Source: Reclinomonas americana ATCC 50394 (taxonomy: Eukaryota). From it: a stretch of 38,611 bases of DNA. Where the stretch lies: NCBI GenBank assembly GCA_048213135.1, contig PS015237.1, forward strand, positions 11,194 through 49,804, in the 5' to 3' direction. Position numbers and translations under genes: made by a program. Numbering within the stretch: the first letter of the stretch is position 1; the number at the start of each line of letters is the position of its first letter. Below the pieces are notes generated by a model. It was not told the origin of the DNA, ran no database searches, and saw only the letters and a program-made list of their open reading frames with translations. This document shows, piece by piece, positions 1 through 11,595 of this stretch.

Positions 1-975
1 CTTCCTAACTTCCTCGTGCAACGGTGCAGCGTCGGCGTACTTGCCTTGCGAGGCCAGCGCGGCGGCCAGATGTGAGATGCACGACAGTGTCAGCGGGTGC
101 GACGAGCCGTGAGTCGCGCGGAAGGCCGGAGCGGCCTTTTGCAGCGCCACCTCGGCTTCGGCATGGCGACCGGCAGCCGACAGGCAGCGACCGAGTGCAC
201 AGGCCTCGGCCAGCGTCCGCGGGTGCCCGTATCCCAGGGCCTCAGTGAACATTTCCACCGCATCCTCATGCACCGCGGCGGCGTCGGCAAAGCGCGACTG
301 CGAGTCCAGCAGCGAGCCCAGATTCACCACCATATCCAGGCAGTGTGAGTGCGAGTTGCCGAGCTCCCTTCGCAGGCCCTCCAGCGCCATGCGATACGTG
401 CTCTCGGCCTCGGTCGCCAATCCCTGGCGCTCCAGCGTCTCGGCGACCCATCCATACCTGCACATGCGCAAAGGGTAATAATGAGTGCGCTGGCGACAAT
501 CTCGAGTAGATTGGGGTCAACAACGCAACAGAGTGTAGCGGTCGACCTCGCGCTTGGCAATGGCAGCCGCCTGGCGGAAAATGTCCGCGGCGGCCGCATA
601 GTTTTCGTTTTGCATCTCCTCCCGCCCAAGACTGTACAGGGTGGCGGCGGTCTGCGAGTTGCGACGCTTCTTCTCCGACTTTTTCGAGGTGGTCGACGTG
701 GCCGACGCCACATCGCTGTTGAGGTCGAACTTGATCTCCGAAGAGGGGTGATTCACATGCAGCGCCATCACCGCGGCGTCGACAGAGTGCGACCGCGGCC
801 GTGAGTTGGCCGCCAACATCGCCTCTGTGGGTGGTGGCAGAATCATGCTGGCATGGCTGCTCTTGCGGCTGCCGCCGACTGCGGCCGACTGCCCGGCCTG
901 CGCAGTCGGAAGGGTGTAGGCCGACACCGAGGCCGACACACCCGACTTGTTCGCCTGCGATCCAGTGGCTCCCAT
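1..975 (-). CDS. TPR-repeat protein (kinesin-light-chain/TPR_12-like), 3' end runs off the window
   Basis: ATG at 975 (MGATGS, fits N-myristoylation consensus). Intron 529..458 (GTTGCGT...CAG) joins ...REVDRYTL to YGWVAETLERQG. Repeated motifs LGxxHPxTL and LASQGKYADAAPLHEE. Confidence 0.8.
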
Positions 976-1099
976 GTTTCTCGCTGCAGCAGGGTGGGGG
1001 AGAGAAAACAGATGAGAAAGAAGCGAAAGGAATCACAGGGGATCTGCTCGGAGGAAAAACTAAAAAGACACGATCAACATGGAAGCCACGAGGGCAGAA

Positions 1100-2760
1100 G
1101 GGAATGCGCATCTACAACTGACGTGAGAGAGAAAAGTAAGCAGGGGATTGATTGGCAAAGAGGACAGAGAGAGAGAGAGAGATATTGCAGCGTGGTACTG
1201 TAGAGGAGTTGCAAAGAAGGCGGGCAAGTGGTTCGCACCAGTGCGCAGTGGCGCTGTCGCGCGGAGCAACCGCCGAGTGAGGAAGACAAGATGAACCGGA
1301 AAAAATGAATCACTGATAACCTTCAAATTGAGTCACAAGATGACGTAATGCGATTCAAACTTGCACACACACACCGGAGTGACAGACACAGAGATACAAC
1401 AAGGGGGGTAGGTAGATAGGGAGAGGAGGCGGAGGAAGGATCGTGTGCAAACGCTGTCGCACAGAAAAAGAAAGAAATCGGCAGTTCGAACAAATGAGGC
1501 ATTTACAAAGGAAACCCACGACATCGTCCACAACGCTCCTGCAGCCATACTCAGCGACGTGTGGTCGGCACGCCGAAGAGGAAAAGAGAAGGAGACAGAG
1601 AGAAAGACATGAGACATTCATGAACAGGCAGCAAGTGGTGACACGAGACACATGCAGTCCTCCCGAGAGCGCGAGAGATACAGGAATTCACAGAAGGAAA
1701 AAAGGGAAAAAGCCGAACACCAACCTCTTTGTGCGATGACGACAGCAGCGACAACAACAAGGTAGTGGTGGAAATGCCTCCGCTCAGATGACATAACAAA
1801 TAAAAGCAAAGCACAGGACGAAATGCAGAGAGAGACGGAGCGAAACAGGGGGACGGACGGAAGAATCTGACTTGTGTGTCTTTTCACCAACATATACATG
1901 CCTTTTCACACGCTCCAAACCAGCACGCGGCACTGGTGATGTGGCGGAGGAGGACAGAGAGCGCGAGAGAGTGTGAGAGAGTGAGAGAAGGGAGGCGGTG
2001 CGGAAGAGGCGGCCAACTGAAACACATACATATACATGTGCAAAGTCAACCGACGCGAGAGGAGAATCAAAAAATCATGTGAAATGCTGATGGACTTCCG
2101 AGAGAGACAGACAGACACACACGCGCACAGAGAGAGACACTCGCACTCTCAAAGAAAAATGTATTGCTGGACACAAAGCGCGCGCGCTTCTTGGACACAC
2201 TCACAGACACAGTCACAGACAGACACACACGGAAATAGGAGAATGAAAAGACACACTGCACGTGTATTGAGAGTGCGAGTGAGAGATGTGAAGAGCATGA
2301 TGTCATCAAAGTGCATCAAGACGCCGAGTGTGAGAAGAACACATGGGCGAGAGAGACACGACAAATATGCGCAGATTCATGACTTTTTGACTCTCTTCAA
2401 ACACGCGTGCACACGTGTGTCGCTCACTCTCTCACACGCGCGCACTCTCTGTGTCTCTCACAGTGAGAGAGCTTCTCTGTGTGTGTGATATGGCGAACAA
2501 AAGTCGGCGATGATGGCCGCCAAAGGACACTCTCGCACTTACACAACAGCTCATGGAGAGTGAGGCAGTGAGAGAGATGGAGAGAGTGCTTCTCACTTAC
2601 ACACGCGCAGAGAGACAGAAAGAGAGGTGTGTTGCACGTGGCGGCCAGAAGAACATCTCTCGCACTGTGCCCTCACCTCAGTCACTCGTCCACGCCAGTG
2701 TAACTCGCACACAGACAGTCACACAAAGACAATGAAAAAATCTGCTTTGCGCGTTGTGTA
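1100..2760. repeat. Long intergenic/UTR region rich in imperfect (GA)n and (CA)n microsatellites
   Basis: Many gagaga/acacac tracts (e.g. 1165-1182, 2100-2135, 2420-2490), lower GC, no convincing spliced ORF. Lies between divergently transcribed genes. Confidence 0.6.
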
Positions 2761-2837
2761 AGCTCCGTCCGCGTGAGAAGTAAACAAAACAGGTCTTTTC
2801 CGTCGACTGGCATGGACTGGTGAAACCACGTATCATA

Positions 2838-4896
2838 ATGCGCGTTGTGGCCGCCACTGTGTTGCTGCTTTTGCTGCTGCTCGCGGCATTAGTCTGCGCA
2901 GATGACACTGTCAACCTGCCCGGGTTCCACTTTGTTCCACTTCCGCACGGGTGGATGAATGATCCCAAGTGCGTCTGTCATGCTCTGCTTTCCCGCGCGC
3001 TCTCTCTTCACAGCCAGCCCGCATATTAACGCTCTCTCTCTTTCTTGCTCAGCGGGCCATTCTACGATCCGTCGACGCAGTTGTACCATCTCATGTACCA
3101 GTACTTGACGCCACGCACGTGGGGCCATGCTGTCTCTGTCGACTTGCTGCACTGGAAGCAGCTGCCGATTGCGCTCGTCAACGACGAGTGGTACGACGAG
3201 GGTGGCGTGTTCTCCGGCAGCGCCACTCTCCTCGACGATGGCACTCCCGTGCTCAGCTACTCGGTCTCCACCAATGACATGCAGGTTTGTATTGTTCCGA
3301 TCGATGCATGGGCGACAAGACAGCTGCTCATGTCGCACAAAAAAACAACACAGTGTCTGGCGGCGCCGACCAATCGTTCCGATCCGTACTTGGTGTGGTG
3401 GACGAAGAACGACGAGAATCCGGTGATCTCGACCAAGACCGGGGCGCCGCCGGGTCGCGATGATACCACCGCGTGGAAGAGTGCCGACGGCAAGACGTGG
3501 CGCATGGCGTATGGCTATCAGCCGGATGCCTCCTCCGGCGCCGCCATTGTGTTCACCTCCACCGACTTTCAGACGTGGACCAAGGCCGGCGATTTGCACG
3601 TGTCGCACACCACCGGCATGTGGGAGTGTCCAGGTGAGAAACGCCCAAACGTCCTCTTCATTCATTGCTCTTTCCTCGCGTGTTGGTGAATGGGCAGCGA
3701 GAGTGTCGGAGTTTGCGCGAATAGAGTGGTGATTGAGCTCACTCGCGTTCACAGACTTCTTCCCCATCCCATACGCCTCGTCCAATTCGACGGCGCGCGT
3801 GACGCACCTGCTGAAGGCCTCGACCATGGGCAAGGACTACTGGGTCTCCGGCACCTATGACGACTCGCGCATCGCCTTTACGCCGCACGATGCCGCCACC
3901 GACATGGGCACCCGCACGCAGCTGTACGACGCCGGCGCCTTTTACGCCAGCAAGACCTTCCACGATCCGAGCACGGATCCGCCGAGCCAGGTGCTGTGGG
4001 GTTGGGTGCCGGAGGAGCGCAGCGTGGACGCCAATGGCTCCCCGTACGGCTGGGCCTCGGTCATGTCGCTGCCGCGGCTGGTGGTCCTCGACGACGACGG
4101 CGTGCGCATCCGCACTCCGCCACACCCGCGCCTCTCCACGCTGCGCGTGCAGTCGTCGTACTATCGAATCTCGAACTTGCTGGTGCCTCGCAGCACCGTC
4201 AAGTGGGTGCCGGTGCACGGCGACCAACTGGAGCTGCGCCTGGAGATCGCCCTCACCAGCGGCACTGCCATTGAGTGCGGCATGCTGGTGCGTGCATCGT
4301 CCGACGGGCGGGAACAGACGCTGGTCGGCGTCTCCATGGTCGACACGTCGTACATGAACGCCACCGACCTGCCGGGCCTCGACTACAACGTCACACCCGT
4401 GTCGTACACCGACCCGCGTCTGTGCCAACAGGCCTGCCAGGCCGACTCGCGCTGCGCAGCGTGGACCTACGTGCTGCCAGTGCCCGGACAGGAGCGACGC
4501 TGCTGCCTGAAGAGCGCCGTGCCGGCCGAGGTGTCGGAGAGCTTTTGCGTCTCCGGCATCAAGAATGGCGGCGTGGAGATGAGCGTGTTCGGCGACACCA
4601 CCAAGTCGTCGCTGAACAGCAGCGACGGACATGCATCGTCCGTCGTTCGCTCCCCCCTGCCGCCTCGCACTGGCGGCGGCAGCACCGTGTCGCTGCATGT
4701 GTTTGTCGATCACAGCGTGGTGGAGACGTTCATCAATGAGGGACAGGCGGCCGTCACCCGTCGCGTGTATCCCACTCTGGCCGCGTCCACCGGCGTGGCA
4801 CTTTACGCGGGCGCACAGTCCGACTGCCGCGTTGTCAACTTTGAGTCGTGGGCCGTGGCCAGCGCGCCTGTCACGGTCATGGAGGGGTTCGAGTGA
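2838..4896 (+). CDS. Secreted glycoside hydrolase family 32 (beta-fructofuranosidase/invertase-like) with inserted PAN/apple domain
   Basis: Signal peptide MRVVAATVLLLLLLL. Motifs WMNDPNG (across intron 2969-3052), WGHAVSxDLLHW, FSGSA, GRD, WECPDFF (across intron 3), FYASKTF and DHSVVETF. Three GT-AG introns. Confidence 0.93.
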
Positions 4897-5230
4897 AGAG
4901 AGAGAGAAAATTCCGACTGTAACGGTCAGCTTTGTCTATGGCACGCACGCGCAGAGAGATGCGCACTATTGACAGGCGCCACAGGAGTGAGATTCCCTTC
5001 TCTCATCACTCTCTCTGCCTCTGCACCTATTCTCCTCGCTCTCTCACGCACGCGCACACAGAGTGACAAACACACACAATTAGAAAAAAGTTCAGTATTT
5101 GCGGGTGGCGCGGAGAAAAGACCAGTGAGCGACGAAGACAGTGAGAGCGAGGGCCAACCGTAAACACCTCGCAGAGGCACACACACACACACTCCCACAC
5201 ACTCCTCCCCCACTCTGTCTGTGCTGTTTC

Positions 5231-7341
5231 ATGCAGCACCATGCAACAAGGCAATCGGGCGCCAACAGCAACAGCAATAACACAGCCTCAGCCGCCACCG
5301 CGGGAGCGTCGAGTGGCACTGACCGCACTAGCACTCGCCGCCGAAGCAGCAGCGGCGCAGGAAGCAACAGTATGCGTGGACGGCCCGGCAGCGGCTACGC
5401 CGTCGTCGACTCCTCCGCCCCCTTCACCCCTGTCGCTGACGCTGCTCTCGATGCTGGTGCTTTCCCCTCCGGAAACACCAAGCTCGCCAACCCTGTGGCA
5501 GCGGGAGCCCGCATGGCATCGCCGCTGGCGCCAGCCGCCAACCGTGGCAATGGAAACCTCCTCACCCACCCCACCCTGGCCAGTGTCGTCGACGTGGCAA
5601 GGTACATTGACCCCTGCTCTCTCTCTCTCTCCCTCTCTCGAGCCACTTTTGGTACTGAACGGCTGTGTCGTGCGGCAGGCTCCAGGAACTTGAATCGGTG
5701 TGCACCTCGAAGGACGCACTGAGTCAGGATCCGCCCGAGGTGTTTGCCTTTGTCGGCTCGCAGCTGGATCGCGCGGCGCATCGCCTCATGGACGCCTACG
5801 ACATGCACGTGCTGCGGTACCCGACTCTGTGGGCGGCCAAGCACATTAACCGACTGCTGCTCATCGATCGCCGGTGGAAGGCCACACGAGAGCATGTGTT
5901 TCGCGAGTTCACCGCCGAGCGCACGCGCTATCTCTTCACGCGCTTCCAACGCCTGCTGTGGTGCCTGGCCTTTATCGAGGACCTGGAACGCACCGTGAAG
6001 GAGATGCGCCAGGTCATGCCTGAGCGACTGACCAACAACCGACGTGCCTACCGTGCCATGTTCACACGCACGCTGGCCTCCGTGACGGCGGCCGCGGGCA
6101 GCAAGAGGATACCCGTCGCCACGCCACCCGTGGTGCCGCCGCTCATGTTCCCTCCACAAGGGCACCACCAGTCTATCGACACGGTGTCGCAGTTGGCCGA
6201 CTACGTGACGCGACCGCTGACCGACCGATCCAATGCGTCCGACGATTCCGAAGAAGAGGGCACGGCGGCTTCCGCGGCGTCTTCTGCTGGAGCGGCCACT
6301 GGCTCCACTCCGACCGCCAGCGCAGGAAAGTCCCCGCGGCCAACCGGCGGCCGGTCGACGACTGCGGCGCCGGCACGGCGGTACAGACCCTGCACCAGCT
6401 TGAGCGCTCGAGCCGAGTCCGAGACGTCTCCACCAACTACCACCACCACCACCTCCACTGCCTCCACCGCTGGCGCCGCTGCAAAGAGCACGCGCAGCGG
6501 CGGCAGCAGCAGCAGCAAGCCAGTGATCGATCCACTGCCCATCAGTGCACGATCCGAGGTTCCCAACAGCACCGCAGAACCGTCGCAACCGCGACGCGGC
6601 CATCGTCGGCGAATGACAGCCGACGGCAGTCGTGAGGCCGACAAGGTGTTCTCACGACAGTCCACCACCAATTCCGCCACCGCCATTGGTCAACGCGCTC
6701 CGCCCGCCGCCTCCGCCGCCGCCGCGGCGCCCACACCACCGACCACTCCGTCGCCTCGGCAGCGTTATGCCATCGCCGCTGCCATTGCCGCCGTTGTTCC
6801 CACTCCCGCTGCAACCACCGCCCCCAGTCACTCCCGGAGTCGGAGTACGTCGAGGGAACCGAGTCCGCGCCAGCTGCCGGCCATTCCCTCCGCCTCGTCG
6901 TCGTCATCGTCATCGCGAGCCAGCAGCAGCCGCCGGTACCGCGCACAGACGATTCCGAATTCGTCGCGATCATCATCAGGTCGCACCAGTGCTACCGCAC
7001 TGCCGATCCAGGCAGCGACGGTGACGGCGGCGGTACTTGCCGCCGCCCACTCACAAGCCGCCCGCAGCGTCACCGGCTCCAGCGTCGACAACCCACGACA
7101 TCGTGTGCCCTCTGCCGGCCTCATTCACGCGCCTGGGCCTCTGCCGCAAACGCGGCGGCCATCGTCCTCGCACGTCAACCGCCGCGCCTCACAGACGCAC
7201 GTCAGCCGCCGCTCCTCGCAGACGCACGTCCGCCACACATCCAAGCACACTGGCTCGTCATCGGCCATTCGGCACATCCACACCAACAGCGTCGCGCACT
7301 CGCGAATGCCCTCAACGGGGCATGCACATCGAGTGGCGTAG
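5231..7341 (+). CDS. Hypothetical protein: helical core of about 140 aa plus long S/T/A/R-rich disordered tail
   Basis: ATG at 5231; one GT-AG intron (5602-5678) joins VDVAR to LQELESV; long open exon to TAG at 7341. No family recognised. Confidence 0.6.
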
Positions 7342-7466
7342 TCGTGCGTAGGGGAGGAGAAATGTTTTATACGGGAGAATCAATGAATCGTTGTTGTTGT
7401 ATGAGAAACGGAGTCAAATCGCGGGAACGAAGGAACATTGTAACTCACACAGACACACACGCGCCC

Positions 7467-9074
7467 ATGCACCGTGGCAGGGAACGGGCACCATCACTGA
7501 TCTCCTCGGTGGACAGCGACAGCAGTGTCTCCCACGACGATGACGACGATGACGCCGAGGAAGACGAGGATGCCTATGTCGATGCGGGTGTCGAGCTGGG
7601 GGACGACGGTGACTACGACGAGGAGGATGCTGATGCAGAGGGCGACGCAGAGGCTGAGCGGCGGCAACGACAGCGGAGAGAAGGCGGTCGACCTCGACGC
7701 GCCACCTCGGATTCCTCATCGTCGGGGTACGCTGACGAGGCCGCCTTTCGCGCCTACTGGAGACGACGAGAGGCAGCAGCTGTGGCTGCTGCACGCGAGG
7801 CACAGCTGAGAGGGAAGGATGAGGGAGGCGGCGGTCTGTTGGGTGGCGGGTCACGGGTGTCGTTGAATGGAACGCAGTTGCGCAGTCGCTCGTCGTCGCG
7901 TCGACGCAGGCGGTCGTCGACGTCGCAGTATCCGCGGCGACTGTGCACTGTGTGGTTTATCTTTGTGGTGGTTGGCATGGTGCTGTGTGCGGCCGGTGCG
8001 GCGGTGGCACTTGCCGTGTTTCTCATTCCGGATGTGATGCGAGTTGAGTCGCGTCTCTCTCTCACCACATGTGCGTGTGTGTCTGTGACGGCTCATTGCC
8101 TCTGCACGAACCACAACACAGTATCAAGACTACATAGAGTCGACGTGCACGGTCACAGCCAGCGCGGTGCAAGACACCAATGGTGTCTTTGCGGCCGTGT
8201 TCACAGTTGCGTCCCTCACACACGCTTGCATGCATTGTTCGGCAGCTCATGCTGGCGCTGGCGGTGCAGGTTGACTACAGCGTCGGCAGCCATGTGACTG
8301 ACGCGCAGTACAAGCACGCCACGGGCGACGACAAGCTGGCGGCCGAGGACTACACGAAGCGGTTTGTGATTGGTCACAAGTACAAGTGCTGGTGGGATGT
8401 GCATGACGAGCACTCGGGTGAGTGTGTCTCTCCGCAGTGGTTTGGCGGGCGAGCTCGAGTATCTCATTCGCTCGTACCGTGTAGTGGTGTTCGACACGGG
8501 CTTCCAGCAGTACACGATTGTGTTTTCGGCCGTGCCCATTGTGTTGCGCCTCTCTCGTTTTCCCCCTTGTCGACACACGTGGTTGCTGAACATATATATG
8601 TCACCACCGCGCAGCGTGTTTGTGGCGCTCTTCGTGTTTGTCATGTTTGTGCTGCGGCGACGGAAGCGACGGTACGGCAAGGCATGCACTCCGTGCTGTC
8701 ACGACGTTCCACGGTATCGCGGGCGACTGCTGTTGCGTACGAACCGTCGCGGCAACCATTGTGGTGCGCCCTGCACTCGAGCTCACCGCGCGCCGCACGC
8801 AGGAGTTATGGCACGTCGTCGACCACCACGCAGCCGTCATTACCGGGACCGATTGAGCCGCCACTCATGGCGGCACCGGAGAACCGCTTTGTGCCATTAA
8901 CGTTGCGTCTCAACTCACTGCTGTGCCACGAGCGTTGCGGCCTCACTTCGCCTGTGCCGATACTGCAGCACCGATGCGGACACCGACTTTGATCCGAACC
9001 GCACACTGCCGCTGCAAGGGCTCGCCGGTCCACCACCACGCACAGCGTCTGTCCTTCGTGGACCTTATCTATGA
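7467..9074 (+). CDS. Two-pass membrane protein with Cys-containing loop (BK-beta/DUF3592-like topology, tentative)
   Basis: Acidic N-terminus, TM1 (VWFIFVVVGMVLCAAGAAVALAVFLIP), loop YIESTCTV...KYKCWWD...VVF, TM2 (IVFSAVPIVVFVALFVFVMFVL) followed by RRRKRR. Six introns, four with GTTGCG/GTTGAG donors. Confidence 0.6.
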
Positions 9075-9189
9075 CCACCCCTCCCTCCATCTGCATGAAT
9101 ATTGTTGTCGCTCGAGATAAGCATGGTCGACGTTCAGTCGGTGTCCTCCCTCTCTCTGGTCCCCGATTCATCTCGTTGTTGTGCACGCC

Positions 9190-11532
9190 ATGGTGAAGAC
9201 AGTGGAGCGCATGCTCGCACGAAAGGAGAAGAAGGAGGAGAAGTCGCGCAAGAAGAAGCCGGCCAAAGAGGTGATGCATGCATGCATGCACCAACACTGC
9301 CACCTCGCTGTCTCTCTCTGTCTCTGTGCATGCTTCTGCACGTTGGGTGCTCTCACACGACAGTCACCACCTCCACTCACACGTGGCACTGGCGGGGGAG
9401 AGAGAGGGCACGCAGTGTGGCCATGGCTGTGCATGCCTTTCACTCACTCTCTCACTGCCTCTCTGTTGGTCAGACCACTCGTGGACAGCGCATTCTCAGT
9501 GCACTGGCCATCCTCAGTGTGGCCATTGGCATTGGCTTGATTCTCGGTCGCTTCGGCAACACACGTTGAGTGTGATCAGTGCATGGTTGTGCATTGCAGA
9601 GAGCTGATCCTTCTCCTTCTCCTCCGCCACCCACGCAGCCAAGTACAAGGTCGAGCAGGAGCAAGAGATTCGCTTCGATCAGGTGTTTCCCTATCTGGAG
9701 GAGGCCGTGGAGACCATTGACAGCGTTGCGTGCCACTTGTCGTCAGTTTGCATCTCACTCATCGCACGCGCTCATTCATCGCCGCCGGGATGCAGGTGAT
9801 TCGCAAGGAGACTGGCGATGCAGAGGACACGGCGTGGGAGATCAACTATGGCGGCGACAAGGACGTGCAGCGTTTCTTCAACAAGGCGATGCAGAGTCCG
9901 AGTGACACGGTGCGCGGCCTGTCGCAGACGTTGATCGATGTGATGGCGCAGGCCACGGTGCGCACGCTGGTGCAGTGCATTGTGAGCACCAAGTCCGACA
10001 AGGTCAAGGCCGCCGCCTCCATTGGTCTCAAGTCGAAGCTCATCACCGGCAAGGATCAGCTGCCGGATCGCGGTGTGGGCATTGTGGCGGAGATGGCGGC
10101 GCACACAGATGCCGGCGTGCAGGAGTTGATGGCGTACACGTTCCGTCAGATGATCTACGACGACTATGAGCGCGAGATCAAGGACGCGGCCGACAAGCCG
10201 TCGCCGTCGGTGCTGCGAGTGATTGAGTTGACCAATCACCACTCGCTGCTGGTGCAAGAGGTCGCCAAGCGCGTGCTCCACGACCTCGTTCAATGTTGCG
10301 CCCGTGATGGTCTCCGTTCGTTGGGAAGTTTGCAGCAGCACTCACACTCAGTCACACACATTCACGCAGCCGAGACGAAGCACCAGCGATTCGCCATGTA
10401 CCTGACGTCGGAGAACGAGAAGCTGCGCAAGGAGGCGGAGCGCGTGCTGTACACGGTGGTGCGCAAGATGGCCGACGACGGCAATGAGCTCGATGCACAT
10501 GAGCTGATGGCGGTGCCGGAGACGGGCACGGTGGCGGCCAAGGCCATTGCCGACTCGTACATGTCGACGGAGAACTTGAAGAAGGTGAGAGAGTGTGCTG
10601 ACTGGCTGGATGGATGGAGGGAGTGTCTCGTGTGCTGACCTGCCGTGGTGCAGGATGGTGGTCTGGAGCGCATCGTCGAATTCAGCGACTCACCGCTGCC
10701 GATGGCACAAGAGCTGGCGGCTTCCGTGGCCTTCCATCTTTTCAATGGCAAGCTCGAGGAGCACGTGTCCGCTGCCGATGCGCTCAACCGCATTGTCAAG
10801 CTGCTCGATCCGCCAGCTCCCGAGCACGTGCAGAAGCAGGCCAAGGCCACCATCTACAAGGCTCTTCGTCGTGCGTTGCTCCCGCACATTCACCATTGTC
10901 CCTGTTGAGAGTTGGTCTCGCTGACGCGCGTGTGTGCAGTGGGCGGCAAAATTGGTCAAATCCAGCTGTCCAACGTGCTGGCACAGCATCCGGATCCGCG
11001 CGTCCGTCTCATCGAAGACGCCTGGCGGTACGCCATCATCAAGCGCTTTGAGGAGGCACCGGCGGCTGTGGTGGCCGAAGTGCTGAAGCATACACCGTCG
11101 GCGAAGATTAAGGAGCTGGAGAAGACCTTTGCGCCGTCGGAGGAGGAGCTGAAAGAGTGGGCCCAGCAGAACGGTGGCGACACCGCGGCGGCGGCGGCGG
11201 CATTCGGTCAGTCGCAGGCCAACACTGCGGCGGCGGGGGCAGCCTCGGCGTACGACGACGTCGAGGAGATTGAGGAGATCGACGAGCCGGCGGCTGCCGC
11301 CAATCGTGAGGAGGCGGAGGAGGAGCAGGAACAGGAGGAGGAGGAAGAGGAGGATGCTGGCTACAGGGGTCATGCGGGCGAGGGCGACGATGACAACGCG
11401 GCGGCGGCTGAGGATAAAAACGACGAGTACCAACCCATGGACCAGGAGGATGAGGATGAGGAGTCCGGAGAAGGGGATGACGGCGATGCGGGTGAAATAG
11501 TGGTCGGTGGCGACGACGATGACGACGAGTAA
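9190..11532 (+). CDS. Signal-anchored helical-repeat (ARM/HEAT-like) protein with acidic C-terminal tail
   Basis: Basic N-terminus, one TM segment (ILSALAILSVAIGIGLILG), amphipathic helical repeats (e.g. GGLERIVEFSDS), D/E-rich tail. Six introns join in frame to TAA. Confidence 0.65.
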
Positions 11533-11595
11533 TGGTTGTGGAGAACAAATGCGTTTGTAATGATGAATTCGAACAACTAAAAAAACGAGCGTGGT

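Noticed and set aside
1100-2760. CRISPR-like array, ncRNA or hidden gene in the long spacer
   Set aside because: Only irregular dinucleotide tracts are present, with no fixed repeat-spacer period, tRNA/snRNA signature or credible spliced ORF.
3739-6603. Long antisense ORFs (e.g. 3739-4713, 5395-6603)
   Set aside because: These are shadows of GC-rich coding strands with no recognisable motifs.
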